64,000 nucleotides of DNA from Adineta vaga (lineage: Eukaryota; Animalia; Rotifera). Under the pieces are notes generated by a model. The model was not told the DNA's origin. It saw only the letters and a list, made by a program, of their open reading frames with translations, and ran no database searches. Positions 41,847 through 55,536 of the stretch are shown one piece after another (the stretch's first letter is position 1; every line of letters starts with the position of its first letter). Where the stretch lies: positions 10,230,001 to 10,294,000 of the forward strand of contig CP075492.1 in NCBI GenBank assembly GCA_021613535.1, read 5' to 3'. The translations under genes were made by a program, and so were the position numbers.

Positions 41847-42971
41847 AGTTCAATGAAAAATCTACAAAAAGTTACATATAGTATAGAACACACGAAATTG
41901 AATTAAAGATTTTCTTTTAAAATCTTTTTTTCTTAAACATTCAGCAAACATCTTAGTAGACATGTCATTTGCCTTACGGGAGACAAAATTTTTTCAGTAT
42001 AATAGGCAGAAAAACAATCATGCGTATAATTTTGTGCTCATAGAATAATATGTTGAATAGTATAAAACATTTTTTCCTCTTCTTCTTTACGTAAATCGAC
42101 CAGATAGGTGTACAAAATCGACCTATACACACTACAGAGGACATTATTCACAGCGCCATCATTCATGAAGTTTTGAAATTTCGTCCGATTCGACGAATGA
42201 TCTAGAATTTTAAAAAAAATCTTTTTTTAAATTAACGAGAAAAATGGCACATCAACATTGTACTCACCGAGAGAAAATGAGTACTTAAATAAGCTAGATA
42301 GCAGTTGTACATAATCAACAAACTGCGTTCAATCAATTCATGAGCAAAAAGATCTCAAAAAATGTTTCAATGTCTTACAAACATGCAACGTATATAAGAT
42401 TATTATTATTATTCTTTCTTCTCTATAAATAGTGCATTGAGTTCTGCAGCATAGACGGTAAAATATCGTATAGGCAGAAAAATGAAACGAATAGAAAAAT
42501 AATATTTAAGAAAAAAATCAATAAATTTTCTGTTCAAATAGAGGCTGAAGTAATTGCCGCTACTCTCCTTTCAAATACATTAAAACAACATACATCCTAC
42601 TCCTATTTTCATGAATTTCTCTTTTCATAATTGACTCTTTAATTCATACAATTTTAAAATACAATATACATTTGATTAGTTCAATAAAACCATACAATAT
42701 CCAGTATTATACTTCCAAGTTTAATTGCTATAGAAATCAATGATTTTCATTGTATGTAATTCATTTGATCATTATACAATCGTTCTACTTGAACTACAGA
42801 ACTTCAATATGACCTTGATAACCCAATAATTAAAAACTATAGAAAAAAAAGAAAAGAACGATATTTGACCTTTCTTATGTTCATATATATATATATATAC
42901 TATTAAATAACGCTATCGAATATAATTACGCAAAGTATATAGCTAAAAATTGAACAGACTATTAAAAAAGA

Positions 42972-45479
42972 TTAGAAAATGTCATTGTCTTTGAGTTGTT
43001 CTTTTAATGTTGCATCTTCATCACGATAAGCCTTTCCATTAACGAATTTATGTGTTGATGATTTTGATTTTCGACAAGGCCTTCAAAAAAACAAAAGAAA
43101 ATATATTTTTTGTTTTCTCTCTCTCGCGCTCTTTCGAGTTAGAAAATCAATCGTACCATGTTAGACCTATGCGTTCGACATCTTCACTTGTTTGTGGTAA
43201 TGGTCTGTTTGATGTTTCAGGACAAATCGTTGCAAATACCACAGCAAGAAGAGAGGTAGTACCAAAAAATACAATAGGAAAATGAACCCATACTCGAGCC
43301 TAAATAAATCAGTCAGTCAGATATGAGAGGAAAATTATGAATCTTATACCAGAAGATCGTTTGATAATGTTCCAATAATTGCACCAAAACGAGCAACCAT
43401 AGAACATATTCCCATACATGTATTTCGTCCTTGCGTCGGAAATAATTCATTTGCATAGATATAGATAATTGCATAAGAACCCGATGCCAAAAATTTTAAA
43501 ACCACATTAACAATAAACATAAGTGTGATTTGTGCTGAATTGGGAGACATTACGATAGTATATTATTCTCAAAAAAGAAATGACACTACTCTACCTTGAC
43601 TATTTGTTACCATCATCGTTTGAATAGGTACAACTAAATATGCAACAATGCCAAACAAGAATACAAATGTACAAAATGGTAGTTTTCGACCCCATCGATC
43701 CAATACGAGATGAACTACGCAATAAGCAACGATTTCAACAATTGCACCAGCAGCAAATGCAACGTATGGATTCGATAACCATGCTCCTGAAAATAAAAAT
43801 CTTCACTTTGCTTCTGATTCATTCTTTTTTACTCACCCGTATTCTGTGAAACGCCATAGAAAACAAGATTTTGGACAAACCTATTACGAATAGAAGATCA
43901 TAAGAATAAAGGTTAAGACGATTCTATTACCATTGAAATGACATATTAATGCCAATAATAATCATAACTTTCGATCGAAGTAAACTCCATAAACCATGTG
44001 CTACATGTGGACATGATAGCTTTCTCTAAAATGAATTCGAAGAACTGTGTTTTTAAGAGTGATAGTTTTTAAATTACCTTCTTTTCTGCAGCAACCAAGC
44101 GTTCATATTGATCTGCATCGAAAGGTTTTTTATTTTCAGAAGCAATTCGTCGAAGAATTCGCTCAGCATGTGCATAATGACCTTTGGAAAGAAGCCAACG
44201 TGGACTTTCCGGAAGTATCCTGCACAGAAAAGTGTCAATAATACATACGAATAGAGTTAGAGATTTAGTTATACTTACAAGTAAAAGAAAAGAAAAGGTA
44301 TTGATAATATAGCTAAAGCTATATTCAAAACACGCCATGTTCGAAGAATATAAGCAAATCCTAGAAGAATTAATTCGCCACCAGCAAAGAAATATTCAAT
44401 GACAATGCCGGTAAATAATCGTTGTTTTGGTCCAACTATTGAAAGAATATGAAAACTATGGAAAATCTTGAAATGAATATCAACTAACCGATTTCCGCAC
44501 CTAAAAGAAAACATAAATTAATTTGAATAAGAAGAAACAAACGAACGATAAAACGATAAAGTCAGATGGAAAATTACGATAAGTTCAAGCCACTCTAACC
44601 TTTGTCAAACAGATTACAGATTGCATAATATTTTAATATGCATGAAATGAATATCTTGACTACATATCATTTGATCTAACTTCATTTTTCTTCTCTCATT
44701 TGTATCAATGAAATGTACTTACCAATGACAAAACCTGTAAGAGCAATCCCACGAGTTGCACAAGCTAATAAAAAACGACCAAGTACGAAAAAAGCATAGC
44801 TTATTTCAAAACCAAGTCTTCTATTAGGTGCTAATGCACACATAAACGCAGCGAATGTCAGGACAATGAATGAAACGCCCATAATCGGTCGTCGACCAAA
44901 TCTAGATTAGAATAGAAATAAAAATATTGTCTTTTCTTGAAATATTTTCTCGCAGTTACTTATCAGATAGAACACCGAATACAAGTGAACCAACCATATA
45001 ACCAAAGAAGAAAACAATTTGAGCAAAACTTTTCAGTGTTGTTCGATTACAAACCATCATCCACTAGAATATGAAAACATGTTCTCCTTTTTATTTCATA
45101 CAAGATTATTTCTAAAACAATAAAGATTCACTTCTTCAACCAATGTTGATTGATAATATGTTCGATCGAAAACAAATTTTGTACAAGCTTGCATTGGTTC
45201 ATCACTCGAATCACTGGTATTTGTCCATCGAAAACATCGTTGACATTCAGAAATTGATAATTGCTTTTGATATTGACGACATTGAGATTCATTCGGAATA
45301 TAATTATGATGTGCAATATCTGTTGATGATTGGCAATGGAAAGAAGGTGTTGCTGCTGTAAACGACCAAGTATAAACCATTATTGGAGGAAACATATAAG
45401 TTAAACATATTAAGAAATATTTCAATTTTTGATATCGACCAAATGGATTTATACTTTCATAGAAATCATCAAATTGCAT
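42972..45479 (-). CDS. SLC22 organic cation/anion transporter (MFS), multi-exon
   Basis: MQFDD..FGRYQ, Cys-rich extracellular loop, STLVEEW.MVC, SDKFGRRP, PESPRWL, ELFPTQGRN, PETSNRPLP. Stop at 42972-42974. Confidence 0.93.
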
Positions 45480-45972
45480 TGTTTAAGTTATTCTATTAAG
45501 CGAGCAAGTTATGTTAAAAACTAACCACACACCTTGTCGATAGAGTTAGAAGAGTGTCATTTCTTCTTAACTCATATGTTTCTCCTTTCTTTCTCTTTCT
45601 TTTTCGTTCTTTACCATTTTTCTTCATTTTCTTTTTATTTTCGTATGTAGCACAAAACTAAGTCGAATTATATCATAAAAGTACAGAGATCATTTTTATT
45701 GTGATCAGATTGTTTATTACTAAGTTCACACAGAATATTTCAAAATAGACTTTTGTTTTTTTTTCGGTAAAGTGTGATGTCCTTTCTGTTTTACTGTATT
45801 TGCTCTTTGGAATAGATCTCCTTTTTTTCATTACATTTTATCGCTATTGATAACAACACATAAGTACTTCAAAACAAGAAAGCTTTCATTTCATCGTCAT
45901 CATCAAGAAAATAAACATGTTTAGATAATAGAAAAAGAAAAGAAAAGATGTAAATAAATTTTATTTTGTCTT

Positions 45973-47599
45973 TCAAACACCAGATGATTCATTGGGAACC
46001 GTAACAAGATGTTTACCATTTTGAATACATGTTTTGAATTGTTCAGCAATAGGATATTCTTTATATTCTCCATCAGCAGTGGGAATATTAACACTCATTT
46101 CAGAAGATTTTGATGTAATAAATTCTGTATCAAGTGATGTTGATGATAGATATACATGACAGCCATCAGTTTTTTCTATTTGAATAGTTGGTACACGTTC
46201 AATGACTTGTGCTTTCATACTTTTACAATTGACAAATTCAATCAATGAGACAACAGATGTAAATTGTACGCCAACTTTTGAACATTGATCAAGTACAATT
46301 GAATTCACTTTACCTTCGATAACGATGGTGCAATTCGTACATCGATACATATAGATACAATGTTTCATTTCCGTTTCAGTTATTCGTAGATCAGATTTGT
46401 TTACTTGATATTCAACAATCCATTTATTACCTTCAAGAGCAAGCTTCGGTGTTCCTGTAGTTGCTGATGCTGTCTATTGAATAAAAATACAAATATTTTT
46501 TCTAAAAGAAAGAAATAAAAAAAGTAGAATTACTGCCGATGTTGTAGGCTTTTTTGATCGTGATGGCACAGCAGGTTTGTCATTGGCAGAGGGTTGATGG
46601 TCTATACGAGAAGAAATTCAAAGAAATTCCATTTGAAATATGTACTTTAGTTACCAGCTTGTTGACGTATTTGTGGATTCTTATGTGTTTTAAGTTCATC
46701 AGGTACTCGTTTCAAACGAGCTGTTACTCCTTGACCTAATGAATTGATTGAACTCATCAAATCATTACGACTATTATCCGCTGAATTATTAACATTTGCA
46801 TCCAATGCCATTGGAGGCGGAGGCGGTGGTGGAGGTGGTGGACCGCCAGCAGAAGCAGCAACAGGTTTAACGGGCGATGCATTAGCAGTACCGAAATCAC
46901 GTTTACCTTGTGAAGCCCATGCTAAACCGGTAGTATGATATTTTCTAACATAACTATAAAGATCATTTAAAATTTTAACCCATAATTTAACCCATTCAGC
47001 ATGAGTTGGATCTTTTTCTTTGAATTCTTTCAAAACACGATTCGAATAAAATTGAGCAGCATCCGACATATCTTTGATATGTGGACCAGGTGTTGGTGAG
47101 ACAAGAATCCAACCAAATGCTGGAATACCTTCCGAAATAGCGGATAGATGATTGAACAAAGGTGATTTTCGATTTTTATTTGTAAACGCTAGAAAAGAAA
47201 ATCTCTTATTAAAGAAATACTTTCTGATGTCAATTTGATACCTGTAATTGCTTCGATTTCACTTGATTGTGGTTTGATGGCGTTTGCTAATTGTTGATCA
47301 GCTGGTTTTTTACTTTGTACAGCTTGTCGTAGAAATTGTTGTTGAGCATCGAAAAGACGTGAAACATGATCGGTCATTGTAGTTAAATCACCACCAATCT
47401 TTTGTGAAATAGTAACAAAAGGTTTGACAGAATCATTAATTAATGTTTCATAATCTTGTATTATAGGTAAACGATCAACATTGTTTTCTGATTCATCATC
47501 AACATTTGATTGGTTAGATGAAGAAGCTGACGTAAGTTGTCTAGTAGCAGATTCTAAACGATTTGCAAGAGCTTCTAAACGTTTGATATGATCATCCAT
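45973..47599 (-). CDS. CAP: Adenylyl cyclase-associated protein (CAP/Srv2)
   Basis: N-terminal RLE motifs, FNHLSAISEGIPAFGW helical domain, poly-Pro, WH2-like LKRV..KTHKNP, CARP beta-helix, C-terminal PIAEQF. Confidence 0.96.
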
Positions 47600-47944
47600 T
47601 TTTCTTTTGTAAAGAAAATGAAATAACTAAACTTCACACCAACTATTGTTCTTATTACCGTTCTTTTATTTCACTTTCTATCGGATAAGATAAGTCTATT
47701 TGAATTAAACGAGAACAAACATCAGTATTTTCATATTTCAGCTCGAGATGAAAAGAAATCTCGTCATACCAACCATATTTGGTAAAATAGAAATGAATTC
47801 AGATAAAACAAAGAATAAAAAAAAGTAATTTTATACCATGACATTGCATGCTTATCTCATGTTTTCTTTTCTTTTCTTTTTCTCTCGTAAAGAAAACTAT
47901 GTCGATATATTAATTTAAATGTAAAGCAAAAAAGAATAAATCAT

Positions 47945-50027
47945 TCAGTTTTTTAGCATTGATTGTTGTTTTAATATTCTTCGACAGGCATCTTTATAGA
48001 CTTCTTTGGAATAACGTTTCCATTCTTCTTTCGCATGATAAGATTTGTAAAACACGGAATCGGATGGAAATGGAATTTCTGTTCGACGAATATTTTGTTT
48101 GTATTGATCCGATGCAATTCGTACGAATGAAGATTTACGTAAAAGAAGACATTCACATTCATTACTTACTAATGTAAATGTTGGTTGATTTGGGAAAAGC
48201 ATATCAGTTAAACCCTATGAGAAATATATGAAAAGATTGATATAAGAATCAATTTGTACATACAAATGATTGACCTTCATTCAATGTTTTTATATGTAGA
48301 TATAACATTCGATCCGGTAGAATTAAATTCGATTTCTTATTTGTCTATAACAAGAATGTAGCTATTCATATGAATAAATAATCAGTTCTTGTCTCACCAT
48401 GGATTGACTACGTTTGGATAATTGACGTGTTAATAGTAATTTCGAAGAATTATTTAATGATAATTCATCATAATCGATTAATTGCATTCGATCACGTTTA
48501 TCTACTACGCCGGGAAATTGCTGAATATAAAGAAAAACGAAATTCGATATGAATATGAAATATTCATCTGACTTTTTCTAGATCGGTAGTACTATCCGAT
48601 CTTGTCAGTGAATCGGAAGACATCCTTCGATCAATTGTTGTGGAACGTCGTAAACGACTTAGACGTAAATCAATATCCAATGTTGTTTCTTGTAGAGATG
48701 ATGCTTCAACATCGCCACTAAGTTGAATTTCAGAAAATAATATTTTATTATCTGCTGTTTCTTGTTGATCTGCCGTATCGTCATCATCATTATCATCATC
48801 ATCATCATCTCCATCAATCACTAAATATTATACTTGATTGCTTTCTTTTATAAATAAAAAGATATTCATTCAAACTTTTCTCATTTTGAAATTGATCTAA
48901 ATGTTGTTTACTTGATTTTCGTACACGTCCATCTGGATCGAGACGTTTCCATACTTCAAATGAACCTTTTTTAACAACTAAAATATGTTTCATACGACGA
49001 CTATCACGTGCAATCACTTCCGACAGACTAAAATAAAATATTCAATTTAATGATCAATCTATCACACTCGTTTATACCCAAAATTGCAATGTTGTATAGC
49101 ATGTGGAAATTCATGAAAACGATCGATTGGAAAGCCACGTAGAAATGGTGCATTAGTTCTAGAAATTCATCAAAAAGAATATTTTCAAACAATATCAATT
49201 GAAAGATTTTTTTTTATATTACTTGAGAAATTTTATATCATCTTTACTACAATATCGATCGTTTGCCATGTAAATTGCTTTGAAATCCTATGAGTAGAAG
49301 AAAAAATACTTCTTTTCTTTTCTGAAATAAATTAATCACGCGAGCATATTTACATCTTTCCAAAGGACCAATAATTCTAATTGTGTGTTTGATTTCACTG
49401 TAAAAATGTGTCGATCATTTGTCATTAATCCTTTTTCCTTTTCAGCAAAAAGAAATCGAATGATTCATTAATCTTCATAACTGAAATACTTACTCCAAAT
49501 GTACATCCACGTTTAAGAATATCTAATGTTTCGATATGATCATCAGTTATTCTTTTGTATGTAATCAAAGCTGAACCGGATAAAATAATATAGAAACAAG
49601 CAGAACGATCACCTTGTTGAATAATCGTTCGCTGTTCAGCATAACTAAAATTTAATTTTTGTATAAGAACATATTTTTTAGAAAGAATACATACCATTCA
49701 TACCATGCTTCTTGTAAGATTTGATTTTGTAATTGTATTGATAAACGAGAAAATGGTTTTATATCAGATAAACATCGTCGAATCTAAATACATAAAGATT
49801 AGTTAAACAAAATCATTACACGATTGTCTTTATAAGAACTGTTTTTCTCTATTATACCTCATCAACATTGGTTAGATCTCGTTCACCAGTTGGTTGTTTG
49901 AAAAAATCTCGAACGCTTGGTAAAATATCAAACTAGAAAAAAATACATTTAAAGAAACAAATCAAAAACTGAGAGTTCATTTTCTTACTGATCTGATTTT
50001 GAAATTGGATTTATCGAACATGTTCAT
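47945..50027 (-). CDS. Cyclic-nucleotide-binding domain protein (CNBD2-like), multi-exon
   Basis: cNMP-binding cassette RTIIQQGDRSACFYIILSGS..LKRGCTFG, a second degenerate cNMP domain (IARDS..ILVVKKGS; LNEGQSFG), and C-terminal FPSD...EEWKRY. Start Met inferred at 50027. Confidence 0.8.
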
Positions 50028-50855
50028 ACAGAATTTAATGTTACAAAATTCTTATCAAATGCAACACAAGCGGTCTATTTCAAAAAAGAAATTTGATCTT
50101 TCCTCTCTCACTGTTGCTCAATTGGTATGATGCTTTTATTCCAAAAAACACACACTGCATCAATAGATAGGAAAGAAGAGAATGAAATTACTTCTTCGGA
50201 GGTAGTATTAAAAAAAAGTGAAGAAATCAATATTTGTTCAAGAAATAGTTCAACAACATTTGAGAAAAATATTTTTCTTTTTTTCCGGAGTAAAACAAAA
50301 TCGGTCTATGTTGTTTTCATATTTAAATAATTCAGATTGTCGATTCAATATGAACTATAGATAATCGAACACTCGATAGGAAAGAAAAGTTGATACAGTT
50401 GTCATAATCTCAGAGAAAATATCAAGATTAACAATGACCTTTGATTGAATAAAAAAAAAGGAAAACATGTCTCCGATTAAATTCTTTGATTTTCTCCAAT
50501 TACTAAAGAGTTCATTCTGACGTAAAAATGCTTTTTTTTGCTCTTATATATATATACAAGTATCCACTTGAACTTATATTTAAGAATAGTAAGTCATGCA
50601 TTGAAAATTAACTTTAATTTAATACACCATAGCAATAATCATCTCTATCGTTTTTATAGTTTTTATTCATACATATATATGTATATATAAATGTGTGTGC
50701 ATATATCATATCTTAATTAAAAACAAATGATTTTGTATTATAAAAAGGAAAAAAAATTTCACTATTTCAAACATAGTTGAGCTAACACACAGACACAAAA
50801 AGAAAAATGAGCACGTATACAATGTCGAAAGTAGATTTTGTACAATTATAATCTT

Positions 50856-51909
50856 TTACATACGGAAGAATGATATAGTAAGGAATGAACATAATAGAAT
50901 GAAACATGAAGTCATCAAATGATGACTATCATTAGTATAAAAATAGGGTGAACTAGGATTATTAGGTGCATTGTTATTATTATTATTCACATCTCGATTT
51001 TGCATCCATGCATCACCTGTATTGGAACTGTATTGATTATTTGCCCAGGCATTATTGTTATTAGTCGCAGCCATTTGTCCACTATATGTATTGCTGTTAG
51101 GATATGAATTAGCATTGTACCCGTATTGGTTATTATTTGTATTTGTTGCTGGATTATATACATTCTTATTATTTAAAACTTGATTTGCGTTTGGTTGATA
51201 ACCGACTTGTGCATTAGAGGATTGATATCCGGAAGAACCAGCTGAACCTATGAAAAGAAAAGATGTGATTGTAATAAGAAAAACAACATATGTTCCTATT
51301 ACCTGCTGTCATAAGATGAGCATTATTATCTACCATATTCGTATTTCGTAAGAGTGGATTTGTTCCTGTTTGTCCACTGGCGGCTCCATACAACTGTGAT
51401 TGCTGTGGTTGCTGTTGTTGTAATTGTTGTTGCTGTAATTGTTGCTGTTGCAATTGTTGTTGTTGTTGCTGTAATTGTTGTTGTTGTAACTGTTGCTGTT
51501 GTACATTGTTTATCCCCATTGCATTCATTGTATTCGAAGGGTTTTGTTGTACGATCGTATTGCCATACTGATCTTTGTTCACTTGATTATTTAAATTTGT
51601 TCCATATAAATTTGTATTCTGTGGATAATTGTATCCTGCAGGTGCATTTCCAGCAGAAATTTGATTTCCATATAAAGATCCAGATGATAGTTGTTGCTGT
51701 TGTTGTTGACGTCGACGGCGAATAACATTTCCATTCATACCTAAAATAATCAGACAGTCATTGATTATCTTGTCTCGAAAAAAAAACCATATGCTATTTT
51801 TCTGTGTCCAGACAGAAGAAATTGAATTAGTTAGATAAGATAGACTCTTACCAGTAATGAAGAATGTTTGCAGAAAAAGTGAGACGATGATTACATGAAT
51901 CCAATACAT
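50856..51909 (-). CDS. Secreted Q/N-rich prion-like protein with RRRR site and probable GPI-anchor signal (295 aa; exons 51852-51909, 51303-51740, 50856-51247)
   Basis: Signal peptide, GNVIRRRR|QQQQQQLSSGSLYG, (QQQQL)n tract and N/Y/G-rich region. The C-terminus is TNDSHHLMTSCFILLCSFLTISFFRM* (small residues followed by a hydrophobic tail). Two phase-1 GT-AG introns keep the frame. Confidence 0.85.
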
Positions 51910-52891
51910 TCTATTAATTTGGTTGATGAAATGTTTTTCTTGAGAAAATCTAAAGGTTATGATTGATTTTAGCTTTAAATGAACGCAGATGATGAGGTGA
52001 CACTGCTTACATACACAGTGAGAGGTCAGCGAGACGGTAGCCTAGACTTTTTTTTTCTGTCTCAGGTGACACTACTCTATGTTGAACGAAAATTTCTCTC
52101 TTCTACTCAGACAGGAGACATAGGTAGAATAACGGCGAGGTCTTTTTTTCATTCTCTTTCTTTTCTTTCTTTGTACATAGTTAGTAGATATATTCTTTCT
52201 CTCTTTCTTGTCCTCATTCTCTCATTTTAAATGGTCATACGTAAAGAACGAGCAATCGCAGCAATAAATATAATCATGTCGTCTCTATTTGTCTGTACAG
52301 TTACCGTCGTTATCGTTCTCCTTCTATTCGATTTACTTCTTTTTTTCTCTTTATATTCAATGGAATATTTTTTTCTTGCTTTGTCTCTCTATCCACCAAA
52401 GAGACTAGAATTCGATTGCATTGAATCACTACATTTTGAATCACGATGACCGTTGTATATAGGTGAGAAGGAGAGAAAGAAAGAAATCTTTCTCTTTCTC
52501 GTCTTATTCTCTTCTTGCTTGTGAGTTATGAGAAAATATATGCCTTGAAATTAGTCATCATAAAAAGAACGTAGTCTATCGAGACAAACCTTATTTTATG
52601 ATATTTGATAGCAAATAAAATTATTAATTTTATCAGTCGTTTTTGTTGGTATATCATACAAGGATGTTAATATTCAAACAGCTTGAATTTAATTTAGAAA
52701 AGACGAAAAGAAAAAGAACACGAGACAAAAAAAACGAAAGAACTTTTACAGTTTGATAAGCAAATAGATAGCAATTGTATATAGTATTATTTAAATGAAA
52801 TAAACTTTGGTCCATACAAATAAAAAGAGTCCGTGAATGTGAAGGTCGACGTATTGTATGCATGTGTGAAATGAAGATGTTGTTGAATATC

Positions 52892-53703
52892 TCACTTGCC
52901 TGTTGGGCCATTTGCTGGTGGCTTGTTAACGAGTGCAGATGGATTAGATCCAGAAGGATTGGCATCTGGTTTACTATTCAGAGCACCACCCGATCGCCCT
53001 TGAACATCACTACCACTTCGTGATTGTCGATACCACGGATTACCTATATTCAATAAATTACTATTTATGTTGCTTATATCATAATAAACGTTATTACCTT
53101 GGCCATATGAACCATATTGATTATATGAGCCTGTATTTCCATAACCATATAAATTAGATCCATATGCACCATATTGTCCAGTACCATACCCAGAGCTACC
53201 TAAGTTAGGATATTGATAATTGTAGTTTGATCCATACGGATTTTGTGTATTGTAACCGTATGCTACGAAAGAAAGTGAATGTTGTATTTCATTGAAAATC
53301 AAGATAAAATGATTCCAATCGCTTACAGTTAGAGCCGTACTGATTGTATGGATATCCTTGTCCATATTGACTGTACTGACCATATTGACCATATTGGCCA
53401 CCATATTGTCCTATACCTGAATATAGACCTGATCCATAATTATTTGTACCATAAGTATTGTAAGGATATGATCCACTATAGGTTGGATTATAGCTGCCTG
53501 CTCCAGTATATGTGCCCGAATAAGGGTACGAACTTTGACCATAATAACTTGATGATAATTGACGGCGTCTACGACGAACTCGACCATCAACAACTATTGA
53601 TAGAATCTCTTTTGTCTTAATTTATACTAATCAAAATGAAATCGTAAAACTTACAAGTCGAAGAGATAATCAAAAGAAGTACAATCAATTTAATCATTGC
53701 CAT
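52892..53703 (-). CDS. Secreted G/Y/S/Q/N-rich low-complexity protein with RRRRR site (228 aa; exons 53655-53703, 53327-53593, 52892-53262)
   Basis: Signal MAMIKLIVLLLIISSTFVDG, then RVRRRRR|QLSSSYYGQSSYPYSG...GQYGGQYGQYGQYSQYGQG... The middle exon is read in a frame not shown in the ORF track. Two phase-1 introns. Confidence 0.87.
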
Positions 53704-55512
53704 TGCGTTACTCGTAGAAATATATATATATATGAATGACGTGTGTCTGAATGCTTATGTGAGTAGAAATGATTGCAGTATGTGTACAGTTACGTTATAG
53801 TTTATACAAATAATATTGATGATTGGCTCGATTTTTCTCTTTTTCCCTCTCTCTCTCTCTCTCTCTCTCTTTTGCTTCCACGCTTCCGACACTTTGTATA
53901 TCAATCCCTACAAATTTTCTATCCGCTTTTTTTCTCCTTGCCCTCAGTATGTGAGCGCTTGTCTTAGTGCATGTTTGGCCATGCCCTTTTACATGTAATA
54001 ATTGTAACTCTGCACTCGCATGATTAATATCGATTGTAGAAATCAAATGGATTTTTTTCGCAAGTATAGTCATAAAAATGTAAAAAGCTACAACAATATA
54101 TTCATATAAAATAAAGAACTACGAACAAAGTAGTCCATATAGGATTTGCATTTGAGTCATGTGTATGATGTTATGAAATAATTGTTCTTGGTTGGAAGAA
54201 TATGTGTACGCAATTTGATTTTATCATGAGATCAATTTCGAGAAAAAGTTTGATGAGATTGATAAGAATTAATACCTTGATTTTTCGATTAAATAATGGT
54301 AAAAATCTTCTTACTATATGAGAAATATGTATTTGATTTCATTCGAGGTGAGATAGTATAGAAATTCATGACCTTTTTAATGACGGTTTGATTTTTATAA
54401 CATCGAAATATAAGATTTTTCTTCTATAAGTCAAAAGAGAAAATAAAAGTGTGTAAATGTCTTTTTATATGTGATAAGTATTTTTTAAACATTGATGTGT
54501 GTCATTTCTGTTAAGATACTCAGTTGATTTGATTGTCGGAAAAAACAACGAAGGGTCCGTTAATTATTGAAACTATATACGATTATATAATTTCTGAAAT
54601 AGAACTAATTTTCAGCAATCTGTCATGCATGAAATTGTGATTATCAACACAAATATACATTCGATCAGTAATATCGTTCTCTAATTGGAATATATTTTGT
54701 TATTTTTCAAATAATCTAATACGCCGATGATTATCTATCATCGATCAATCGGAAAATATCGTTCAAAAGGAGCTTATTATCAATCAAGTCATCTTTTGTG
54801 AAAACAACAACGAATTTTTAATGAAAAAAGTTTATTTTTTTAATTAACTTTCTTTTTAGAATATAACTATGTATATATGTAAATAGACACTCGTTCATTG
54901 AGATGAAGACAAGGCCATAAATGACTTTCCTAGTATTTCATCACCTGATCTTGATTTGTATCCTTTGTATCGATGGATCGTTGTGTTAATCAATCCATCT
55001 GACGAAGTGAAACAAAAAATGAACGTACACAGGCAGCACATGAAGAAATCACATAGGATAAAAAAAACAGAAACAGTATGAACAGAAATCTATTACAGAC
55101 AAACAAAAGAAAGAAAGAACGAAAAACTTGTCTTCGCTTTGTCAAAAACGAAAATGAAAGAAAGTTTCTTGTTTTCTTCTTTAGATAGAGGTAAAGGAGC
55201 AATTAGAGAATAGAAAAGAAAAACGAAAACAGAAAAGGAAGAATATCTGACTGTAATGCACGCAATAGAATAAAAACAGCTTCATGATATATCCGTTCAA
55301 AAATGCTGTTAACTTGTCGCATAAATGTATACACACAAAATGAAAAAAATTTGATATGATGATGACGAATTTGTAAGATGAACATTGAAATAACCTTCAT
55401 TTCAATGGGAAATAACTTCTTTCGTTTTCAAAATCATTCTTCTTGGTTTTCTTTAGTAATCTTCTATCCTCGATTTTCTTATCTTCTAAAAAATAAATGT
55501 CCATCTGTCTAA

Positions 55513-55536
55513 TCATCATCATCATCATCATCATCA
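55513..55536 (-). repeat. (TGA)8 microsatellite immediately after the LENG8 stop codon
   Basis: The plus strand reads (tca)8 directly adjacent to the tta at 55537-55539. Confidence 0.9.

Noticed and set aside
51354-51725. Val-rich plus-strand ORF, and similar antisense ORFs at 58160 and 61928
   Set aside because: These are antisense shadows of CAA/CCA/ACA-rich coding repeats.
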